In this document: positions 18,558 to 27,147 of the stretch, one piece after another
How the letters are laid out: every line of letters starts with the position of its first letter
Numbering within the stretch: position 1 is the stretch's first letter
DNA from: a virus
DNA: 29,430 nt
Virus record (IMG/VR): IMGVR_UViG_3300023712_000215
Reading direction: 5' to 3' (one strand)
Made by a program: the position numbers and the translations under genes
Notes under the pieces: generated by a model
What the model was told of the DNA's origin: nothing
The model's input: the letters and a program-made list of their open reading frames with translations, nothing else
Database searches by the model: none

Positions 18558-21221
18558 ATGAAAATTAATAAGTTATTATTATTTTTTACGCTTCTAATAT
18601 TTCTAATTGGAATAGGATATGCTTCTGAAACATCGGATAACATAACTGATGTATCTGAAAAGATATCACAAAACATCCAAACAAAAGAAGTTACTAGTAG
18701 CATAGTAAATGAAACTAATAATAAAAATAATAAAATATACAATGAAAACACTAAAAATAAAAATCTCAAGACAACTACTAATTCCTATGATGTAAAAACA
18801 TATGAAGAATTTAATACAGCATTAACAAAAAATAGTAACAACAACATAACAATTAATATAAAATCAAACATCCTATTAAAAAACAATACACTAATCAATA
18901 AAGCAATCAAAAACGTTACTATTAATGGAAACTCAAAAATAATTGATGGAAAGAACACATATCAATTTTTAAAATTCAATAATGGAATTAATGTAAATAT
19001 CAACAATCTCATAATAAAAAATTGTATAAATAGTTCCATAGAAAATAGAGGTACATTAACTATAAGCAATTCCACATTCACACTAAATTCTGCAAATTAT
19101 GGTGGAGCTATATACTCATCACGTGCAAATCTAACAGTAACTCAATGTAATTTCAATAATAATACTGGAAATATTTATGGTGGAGTAATTGACAGTTATT
19201 TATGTAATTCAACAGTTACATATTCCAATTTTAGTAACAATATTGCTAAAAAATATGGTGGAGCAATTTATATTTATGGTGGAACTTTAAAAGTAACAAA
19301 TTCCGTGTTTACTAGCAATAATGCAGAATTTAGTGGAGCAATCCATAACAGTAATGGAAAAATCTCTATTTCATATTCTAAATTTAATAAAAATACAGCT
19401 CAATATAATGCAAAATCAAATCATGATGGAGGAGCAGTTTATACATATAAAGGTGTTTTAAACATTGCCAAATCTTCATTTACTAGTAACAGTGCAGATT
19501 ATGGAGGAGCAGTTTATATCCTTAATGGAACATCAACAATATCCTCTTCAAATTTCACAGGAAATATAGTAAATCATGATGGAGCAGCAGTTGAAAGCTA
19601 TCAAGCATCAACAAGAGTTATAAATTCAATCTTTACAAACAATCTTGCTAAAGTTTATGGTGGAGGAATATATAATTTTAATGGTACAGTAAATATAACT
19701 ACTTCAACTTTCAATAAAAACAATGCAAATAATGATTCAGGTGCAGTAGAAAATTATCAGGGAATATTAACAATTAGCAAATCCACATTCACAAATAATA
19801 ATGCAAAAATGTTTGGTGGAGCTGTTAGAAACTATGATGCTAAAACAACTATCCAAACATCAACATTTACAAATAACACTTCAAATAATGGAGGAGCAAT
19901 ATATTCATCGTTAGGACGCTTTGAATTATACACATCAAAACTTGAAAGAAATACTGCTAATTATGGTGGAGCAATATTCACTCATAAAGGATATTTTAAA
20001 GTTAGTACATGTAACATCAGCAATAACAATGCCAATTTTACTGGAGCAATAAGAAGTACTGATTCAAATACGACAATCTTAAAATCTAACTTCAATAAAA
20101 ACACTGCAAAACAACAAAGTGGAGCAATATATACTTATAATAGTAATGTAACAATTACAACTTCCAATTTTACATTGAATAGTGTTAATGATTATGGCGG
20201 CTCAATTTATACTTCATTAGGTAAAGTCACCATTTCTTCATCTAAAATAATTAATTCAAAAGCAGGAAAAAATGGAGGAGCAATTTACAACACCAAGACA
20301 ATATTAACCATTACCAATTCAACATTAAATTCTAACAATGCAACATCTTATGGCGGAGCAATCTATACTACCCAAGGTACATTAAAAATTTCCAATTCTA
20401 ATTTAACAAATAATTCTGCAGGAAATTATGGTGGAGCTATAGAAAACTATGATGGTAAATTAAATGTAATAAAATCAAAATTCTTAAATAATAAGGCAAC
20501 ATCCCATGGTGGAGCAATATTCAACAAAGGAAACAATACCGTTATTGAAAATAACATCTTCAAAAACAATACAGCCAAGGTAAATGGAACAATACATCAA
20601 GTTGCTGGTGGAAAAAATAATTCAATCAGAAACAACACAATTGACGATACAAAAATTGCTACTAAACTTACTTTAAATGTACCCACAATAAAAGTAATTC
20701 AGAACAATTATGTTACAATAACCGGTAAATTTACAACAAATAGCAATGTAAATCTACCCAATACAACACTTAAAATAAATCTAAATAATAATATAATTTC
20801 AGTTAAAACAAATGCCACTGGAGCATATTCATACAAGTTTAAAGCAAGTAAATTTGGAATCAATACTGTAAATATCACATATCCTGGAAATACCAAGTAT
20901 GACTCAACAACTTTAACTAAAACATTCAATGTAATTTATGGAACTGTTTTAACAATAAATACTATTCCTAATACTAAAGTTAACAAAAATGTTACCATTA
21001 CTGGTAAATTTAGCAATAAAAATGGAAATATTTTAAAAAATAGTAATGTGAAACTCACCATTAATTCAAAATCATATATAGCTAAAACAGATGCTAATGG
21101 AATATATAAATTCACAATTAAAGCAGATACCATAGGAACGAATACTGTAACAGTATCTTTTGCAGGTAATACTAACTATAATGCAACTAGTATAAAAACA
21201 AGCTTTAATGTTACAAAATAA
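18558..21221 (+). CDS. Adhesin-like (Asn/Thr-rich) surface protein: signal peptide, right-handed beta-helix repeats, two C-terminal Ig-like domains
   Basis: Signal peptide MKINKLLLFFTLLIFLIGIGYA-S. 19 GGAI-type repeats of about 26 aa. Two terminal domains of the type T.LT..VTITGK..KT.A.G.Y..G.NTV...Y.GN..Y. AGGAG RBS. Confidence 0.9.
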   Translation: MKINKLLLFFTLLIFLIGIGYASETSDNITDVSEKISQNIQTKEVTSSIVNETNNKNNKIYNENTKNKNLKTTTNSYDVKTYEEFNTALTKNSNNNITINIKSNILLKNNTLINKAIKNVTINGNSKIIDGKNTYQFLKFNNGINVNINNLIIKNCINSSIENRGTLTISNSTFTLNSANYGGAIYSSRANLTVTQCNFNNNTGNIYGGVIDSYLCNSTVTYSNFSNNIAKKYGGAIYIYGGTLKVTNSVFTSNNAEFSGAIHNSNGKISISYSKFNKNTAQYNAKSNHDGGAVYTYKGVLNIAKSSFTSNSADYGGAVYILNGTSTISSSNFTGNIVNHDGAAVESYQASTRVINSIFTNNLAKVYGGGIYNFNGTVNITTSTFNKNNANNDSGAVENYQGILTISKSTFTNNNAKMFGGAVRNYDAKTTIQTSTFTNNTSNNGGAIYSSLGRFELYTSKLERNTANYGGAIFTHKGYFKVSTCNISNNNANFTGAIRSTDSNTTILKSNFNKNTAKQQSGAIYTYNSNVTITTSNFTLNSVNDYGGSIYTSLGKVTISSSKIINSKAGKNGGAIYNTKTILTITNSTLNSNNATSYGGAIYTTQGTLKISNSNLTNNSAGNYGGAIENYDGKLNVIKSKFLNNKATSHGGAIFNKGNNTVIENNIFKNNTAKVNGTIHQVAGGKNNSIRNNTIDDTKIATKLTLNVPTIKVIQNNYVTITGKFTTNSNVNLPNTTLKINLNNNIISVKTNATGAYSYKFKASKFGINTVNITYPGNTKYDSTTLTKTFNVIYGTVLTINTIPNTKVNKNVTITGKFSNKNGNILKNSNVKLTINSKSYIAKTDANGIYKFTIKADTIGTNTVTVSFAGNTNYNATSIKTSFNVTK
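19101..20520 (+). repeat. 19 degenerate GGAI..T.S.F..N.A beta-helix repeats (about 78 nt period) within the adhesin
   Basis: Counted from YGGAIYSS (19101) to HGGAIFNK (20508): 18 intervals over 1407 nt. Confidence 0.8.
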
Positions 21222-21290
21222 TTCATTAAAATGAAATGATTAATTAGATTCAAGAGAAATATTCTAAAACTTTTTACTAAAAAACTGGTA

Positions 21291-21322
21291 ATTACTTATG
21301 AATAATTTAATTCATAAGTAAT
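21291..21322. terminator. Perfect 13-bp hairpin between convergent genes; candidate bidirectional terminator
   Basis: ATTACTTATGAAT (21291-21303), 6-nt loop, ATTCATAAGTAAT (21310-21322). Confidence 0.6.
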
Positions 21323-21370
21323 ATTATTTTTATTTCTTACATTAAACCATATTAAGAATCAAAATTTATT

Positions 21371-24007
21371 TTAATGATCAAGTATCCATCCATATACTCT
21401 TTTACAATTATTTTTATCATTGTATTTAAAGAATTTTTTCATATTCTGATTATATCCCTCTTTCATTTGACATTCATTTTTGATATAATTATTAATTAAT
21501 TCTATTAACTCTTCTTCTTCTTTTATTACTTCTCCAAATCCATCGGTTTCATAGTCAAAGTATCCGTTTTCATAGTGATAGTCATCATCTGCTTGGTAGT
21601 ATATTACTGGCTTTTCCAGGTATGCAAAGTCAAAGAATACTGAGGAGTAATCTGTTATTAACAGTGATGAGTCAGCAAATAGTTTTTGGTATGACTCATC
21701 TTCGGATATTTGCACATATTCAGGTATTTCTATGATATCCATGAATTCCTTTAGTTCTGGATGTGGCTTAAATACTAATGTATATCCAGAATTTTCAAGA
21801 ATTTCTTTTAGTTTTTGATTGTTTAGAAATCCCACGAGTGTTTTATAGTAATCTGATTCCAATAGTCTTTTTGGATAATTTAGGCCTATTCTCCATGTTG
21901 GCATGTACAGTATTTGTTTTTTTGTATCATTACTTGTTAAGTTATCATATCTTGGAAATCCCAATGTTTGTATTATATCTTCATCAAAGTTGTATCCTTC
22001 CTGTAGGAAAGATTGTCTTTCACGTTCTGATACTGTAACTATCAATGAGAGATTTTTATCATATTTTTTGATAAATTCTGATACGTCATCCTTTGTCACT
22101 CCATGCTGCAGGAAGTATCTGTTTGATGTTATCATTCCACTGTATAGTTCAGGTGTTTTATAATGGAATGGATTGATGAAATTTTCATTTACATATGATG
22201 AGATTACTTTTTGAGCAAATAGATAAAGTAGTTTATGTTTTAGGCCTCCAAATGATACTATGTTTCCACCAGTTTTCTTCATATTATTATAATCTTTTGA
22301 ATCCTTATTTATTATGAAGTATTTTCTGATTTCATCTTCTTGTTGAATGGAATATTTATAGAGATGTTTTGCATTGTCATCTGCAAAGTCTGGACGATCT
22401 GAGTATAACCATATTTTCCTGTTTCTATAAAAGGGATACAACAGAAGATATAATGTCTTGTATAGTATTGCATTTAGATAGAATTCCTGTTTGTCATATA
22501 GGATTCTTTTGATGTTGCTGATATCATAGCGTATCATTGATGTGTATTTTTCTGGTTGTATGTGGAATGAATTATTTTTAAACAGCAAAAGTTTAGAATC
22601 TTTTGTAAAGTATGCACTTGATGTAGATAATCCACAGTTATTTCTAAAACTTATATGTGGATTAAATGAATATTGATTTTGTCCATCATCATATACTATT
22701 TCAAAGTATAATCTTGTATTATATGACGGACATTTTATTGATACATCAAAGTTGTATGAGTACTTCCAATCGTATGTTATGTATTTGAGTGTCATCCTCT
22801 TGGGATTATTGTATTTTACATACCTTGCAGGAATGATATTTTTTTCACCTTCACAATCGGCTATCAGATTGACATGCATATACTTATTTTCAAACAATGA
22901 CTCAAAGTTTCCTGAAAAATTAATGATGTCCTCGTTTAATTCTATTATGTCAAACCATAATGGATGAATTGATAATTTATCTAATATATAATCATTTGAA
23001 CAGATACAAACATCATCAGAGCATACTTCAATCTTTTTATTCTTATCATGTTTTAGATATATGAAAAATGGCAATACATGCTCATCAATGTATTCATTAT
23101 CCATTATTACATCTTCATCAATGTATGATAAGATATAGTATATTTTTTCCCAGAAATCATCAATTTCTTCTTGTGTTTCCAGAATTTCCAAATCTTCTAC
23201 CTTAAATACCCATTGCAAGTCATATGCCATTAGTGCTTGTATAAATTTAGGGACTTTTCCTTCCTTTTCTAAGGAATAATTTATTATTTCATAATAGAAG
23301 CGTTCCAGTCGGGATGTGTAGTATTCTTTCTTTTTTGTCATTGTGTCAACAGTACTTGTTGCATCCATCCTTTGTCTATAATAATAGTATACATTACTGA
23401 TTAAGCCATATTTTTTCTTCTCTAGAAATATTTTATTAATTATCAACGCATCTTCAAGGTTAACTAGCTTTGTATCAAATTCATAGTCTTTTATTGCATC
23501 ATATTTAATAAATGCTGATGATGAGGACAACTGTGGATTATTTGGTTCATCTATTAGATTGACTACTCTTGTTTGTTGAAATTTATTGTTTAATCTATGT
23601 GGTGCTTCAACTCGTTCAAATAACAGCATAGGTATTGCAACTACATCCACTTCCTGTTGATGTTTTTCAAAAAAGTCATATACTACTTTAAGTGTATCCT
23701 GTGAGATATAGTCATCACTATCAAGGAAGTTAACATATTTTCCCTTAGCATATTTTAGTCCATTATTTCTTGCTGTTGATTGTCCCTGATTTTCCTGTCT
23801 GATTACAATAATATTTTCAGGATATTTCTCTTTATATTCAGTTGCAATTTTGTTTGAATTATCCGTACTTCCATCATCAACCAATATCAATTGAATATTT
23901 TCTTTAAAGTTTAGTGTTTGGTTTAAAATGGAGTTTATAGTCTCTTCCAGGTATTCTTCCACATTATACACGGCTATTATTATTGAAAACTTGTACTGAT
24001 AATTCAT
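21371..24007 (-). CDS. GT2-TagF fusion (glycosyltransferase / CDP-glycerol glycerophosphotransferase-like); paralog of 13777..17931
   Basis: FSIIIAVYN..VDDGSTD..ARNNG..VNFLDSDD. TagF motifs FLQHG, GFPRYD, ILYMPTWR, FKPHP, LITDYSSVFFDF. The C-terminus NNCKRVY.WI is shared with the paralog. Confidence 0.92.
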   Translation of the reverse strand: MNYQYKFSIIIAVYNVEEYLEETINSILNQTLNFKENIQLILVDDGSTDNSNKIATEYKEKYPENIIVIRQENQGQSTARNNGLKYAKGKYVNFLDSDDYISQDTLKVVYDFFEKHQQEVDVVAIPMLLFERVEAPHRLNNKFQQTRVVNLIDEPNNPQLSSSSAFIKYDAIKDYEFDTKLVNLEDALIINKIFLEKKKYGLISNVYYYYRQRMDATSTVDTMTKKKEYYTSRLERFYYEIINYSLEKEGKVPKFIQALMAYDLQWVFKVEDLEILETQEEIDDFWEKIYYILSYIDEDVIMDNEYIDEHVLPFFIYLKHDKNKKIEVCSDDVCICSNDYILDKLSIHPLWFDIIELNEDIINFSGNFESLFENKYMHVNLIADCEGEKNIIPARYVKYNNPKRMTLKYITYDWKYSYNFDVSIKCPSYNTRLYFEIVYDDGQNQYSFNPHISFRNNCGLSTSSAYFTKDSKLLLFKNNSFHIQPEKYTSMIRYDISNIKRILYDKQEFYLNAILYKTLYLLLYPFYRNRKIWLYSDRPDFADDNAKHLYKYSIQQEDEIRKYFIINKDSKDYNNMKKTGGNIVSFGGLKHKLLYLFAQKVISSYVNENFINPFHYKTPELYSGMITSNRYFLQHGVTKDDVSEFIKKYDKNLSLIVTVSERERQSFLQEGYNFDEDIIQTLGFPRYDNLTSNDTKKQILYMPTWRIGLNYPKRLLESDYYKTLVGFLNNQKLKEILENSGYTLVFKPHPELKEFMDIIEIPEYVQISEDESYQKLFADSSLLITDYSSVFFDFAYLEKPVIYYQADDDYHYENGYFDYETDGFGEVIKEEEELIELINNYIKNECQMKEGYNQNMKKFFKYNDKNNCKRVYGWILDH

Positions 24008-24122
24008 ATTTAATCAACTAAATTTTTTATTGAAGATTCTGTATATAATTATTCTATCATACGAAATTAATAAATTTTAATTAGAACAAAGATATACTTT
24101 AAGAAAAAAAATAGAATGTTGT

Positions 24123-25181
24123 ATGTTTATGTCCGATTGCAAGATTAGTGTAATTATTCCAGTATATAATAGTGCTGATTATCTATGTGAATGTTTAGAT
24201 AGTTTAATTAGTCAAACATTCAATGATTTTGAAGTAATATGCATAGATGATGGTTCAACAGATAAATCAAAAGAAATTCTTGAAGAATATTCAAACAAAG
24301 ATATTCGTTTTAATGTATTCAGTCAAGAAAATTCTGGTCCTGCAGTTGCACGAAATAATGCAATTGATAAAGCAATCGGTGAATATATCCTATTTTTAGA
24401 TAGTGATGATTGGCTAAAATCAGATACTTTGGAAAAACTTTACAGTACAGCTTGTTCCAATAGTTCAGAACTAGTACTTTTTAATGCAATAGAACATTAT
24501 AAAGATAATATTACAAGAGAACGTATTTATCATATACATGCCGATGAGACTACTGATTTTGATGAGTTTAGTTTTGATTATAATAATAACATTAATCTTG
24601 TAATGAACGGCTACCATATTGTATGTACTAAACTGCATAAAAGAAGTTTTATAAATGAGAACAATATAAGATTTAAGAGATATGGACAATTTGAAGACAT
24701 ATACTTTCATATAAAAAGTATGATCTGTGCAAAGAGAATTTCATATAATCCAGAAATATTTTATCATTACAGACGTACACAGGAAGATTCTAGGCAAAAT
24801 ACTACAATATCCACAGATAAAAGCTTTGTTCTGTTTAGTATATTTGATGAAGTGGAAGAATTACTTGAAGAATATGAATTATCACAAAAGCTACATATAA
24901 ACTTTATACGCTTTAAGGTAAATGAAACATACAACATATTCAATAATATAAAAAAGGAATATACTGATGAATTATATAAAATTACATATGATGAATTTAA
25001 TAAGATGAACTTGAACAATAAAGATATTCTAAGACTTCCATTAAATCATCAAATCTTTTATAAAAGTATAATTCAATCATCAGATTATTTACAATATGAA
25101 AAACTATTGAAGAAAAACAAAATTCTTACCGAATTTAAAGGATATGCACGTAAACTTAAAAATAAAATTATGCAACAATAA
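24123..25181 (+). CDS. Single-domain GT2 glycosyltransferase
   Basis: ISVIIPVYN..CIDDGSTD..GPAVARN..ILFLDSDD..FEDIYF. The start could be ATG 24123 or 24129. Confidence 0.92.
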   Translation: MFMSDCKISVIIPVYNSADYLCECLDSLISQTFNDFEVICIDDGSTDKSKEILEEYSNKDIRFNVFSQENSGPAVARNNAIDKAIGEYILFLDSDDWLKSDTLEKLYSTACSNSSELVLFNAIEHYKDNITRERIYHIHADETTDFDEFSFDYNNNINLVMNGYHIVCTKLHKRSFINENNIRFKRYGQFEDIYFHIKSMICAKRISYNPEIFYHYRRTQEDSRQNTTISTDKSFVLFSIFDEVEELLEEYELSQKLHINFIRFKVNETYNIFNNIKKEYTDELYKITYDEFNKMNLNNKDILRLPLNHQIFYKSIIQSSDYLQYEKLLKKNKILTEFKGYARKLKNKIMQQ

Positions 25182-25407
25182 CATTAAGTAAATAAGGTAT
25201 ATTATATATTATATTATGTTAGTCACCAAAAAATGAAATAAAAAAATGCATTAAATCCAATAGGAATTCTCCTTATTCCAACATTAATGAAATCATATGT
25301 TAAAATATATGTAATATGTTGAACAAATATAGAATAAATAATTTAAAAAATAATTAAGATAAATTAAAACAATTAAAATAATCATTTTTCAATAATTAAA
25401 GTCAAAG

Positions 25408-26898
25408 ATGAGATATGGTATTATGTCTTCAAGTAATGAGAAAAAATCTTTTTTTAGAAATATAATAAGTAAAATTTCTAAAATGAGAAATTTACGTTAT
25501 GCTAATAAGCAATTTAAACACATGCTTGAAGAAATTATTGATAAAAATTTACAACAGGAATATTTTAAAACTAATGCCATAACGGTTATTGAAGATGATC
25601 CAAAATTAGATTTGGAACTTGATGAAGAATACATCAACAATACATTATTATCCAAGTATTACGAGTATAATACAACTCGCCTACCATGGGGTATGAATAA
25701 ACTTATTTTTGAAAATAATCTATACAAAGAGATTATACGTGATTTATTTACAAATACAGAAGTATTTGAAGCATATAAAAGAATTATTGATATGAATCTT
25801 GTAGATAATGAATATTATAATGAAAAATATGATTATTCCCTTTCTGTTCCACCAATACTACATTTTTTATATAGAGGATATAATGAAGGAAAGAATCCAA
25901 GTTCATACTTTGACTGTGATTTTTACCAGGAATATAATGAAAATGCGGGAAATTCTGAATTAAATCCAATAGTATACTTTGTATTAACGGGAGTGGATGA
26001 GGGACTAGTTAAAATTAATCGAGACTTTTATGCACCTCGTGCAATAAATAAACTAGAACTTAAGGATAAAATTGAAAATTACAAGGAATATGGATTAACA
26101 ATAGATAAACGCAAAAAACAGTTAATTGTATCATTCACTTCATATCCTTTACGTATGAATGAATTGCATTATACTATTTATTCACTTGTTAATCAGGAAT
26201 TAAAGCCCGATAAACTATTATTATGGTTATCATATGAAGAGTTTCCTAACTTGGAGGATGACATTCCCGAAAGTGTTTTGAGATTTAAAGATCATGGCCT
26301 TGAAATAAGATGGTGTAACAATATTTACTCATATAAAAAACTTATTCCAACTCTTTCGGAATATCCTAATGATATTATTGTAACTGTTGATGATGATGTA
26401 TTTTATCCACGAAATTGGCTTAAAAAACTTTTTGAGACACATACAAAGAATCCAAAAGAAATAATAGTCCATCGTGCAAGAAATATGAAATTAATTGATA
26501 ATTATATGTTTAAGGAATATACCAGTTGGGATCTTATTAAAGAAGAGTCAGAACATTCTTATTTAACATTTATGACTGGTGCGGGTGGAATACTTTATCC
26601 ACCAGAATCATTACATGAATATGTATTTAATCAAGAGCAATTTTTAGATTTGTGTCGTTATGGTGATGATATATGGTTCTGGGCAATGGCAATACTTAAC
26701 AGGACAAAATTTAAAGTAGTTGATGATCCATTCTATGATTTAATATACATCAATCCTGCACGTGAAGTTCATCTTATAAAAGAAGAAACATTATGGTCAA
26801 ATAATAGACAAGGAAGTAATGACAGACAATTAAAAGCAGTAATAAAACATTTTCCTGAGATTATGAAAATAATACAAGAAAATGATGAAAATTCCTGA
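25408..26898 (+). CDS. Putative GT-A-fold glycosyltransferase with an N-terminal duplicated H[FY]xxxGxxEG module
   Basis: C-domain LIVSFTSYPLR, YKKLIP, VTVDDDVFYP, TGAGGILYPP, DDIWFWAM. N-module LHFLYRGYNEGKNPS..FDCDFY..PIVYFVLTGVDEG. The start could be ATG 25423. Confidence 0.75.
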   Translation: MRYGIMSSSNEKKSFFRNIISKISKMRNLRYANKQFKHMLEEIIDKNLQQEYFKTNAITVIEDDPKLDLELDEEYINNTLLSKYYEYNTTRLPWGMNKLIFENNLYKEIIRDLFTNTEVFEAYKRIIDMNLVDNEYYNEKYDYSLSVPPILHFLYRGYNEGKNPSSYFDCDFYQEYNENAGNSELNPIVYFVLTGVDEGLVKINRDFYAPRAINKLELKDKIENYKEYGLTIDKRKKQLIVSFTSYPLRMNELHYTIYSLVNQELKPDKLLLWLSYEEFPNLEDDIPESVLRFKDHGLEIRWCNNIYSYKKLIPTLSEYPNDIIVTVDDDVFYPRNWLKKLFETHTKNPKEIIVHRARNMKLIDNYMFKEYTSWDLIKEESEHSYLTFMTGAGGILYPPESLHEYVFNQEQFLDLCRYGDDIWFWAMAILNRTKFKVVDDPFYDLIYINPAREVHLIKEETLWSNNRQGSNDRQLKAVIKHFPEIMKIIQENDENS

Positions 26899-27147
26899 TT
26901 TTAGTAAAACTTATATAATAAATTTAGATGAGTTTATATAGTAGCAAATTAAAAATTTAATATGAGGATAACTATTATATCCATTAGTCTAAATGATACA
27001 TTTCATACATAATAGATTATCCTCATTAATTTATCTTGATAAATTTAATCATTATTTTTTTCTTTTTATAAAAAAAATTCCATAAGAGAATTTCTTTAAA
27101 TATTATCTTTAAAAATATAATTATATTGAATAAAATCAAAATTAAAT

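Noticed and set aside
18558-21221. C-over-G skew in the adhesin versus G-over-C skew in tgtA on the same strand, suggesting translocation
   Set aside because: Largely explained by the Thr/Asn/Ser-rich composition; not separable without a codon-position analysis.
13777-24007. Oppositely oriented TagF paralogs as an invertible cassette around the adhesin
   Set aside because: They are clearly diverged at DNA and protein level; I saw no long identical inverted repeats and no recombinase.
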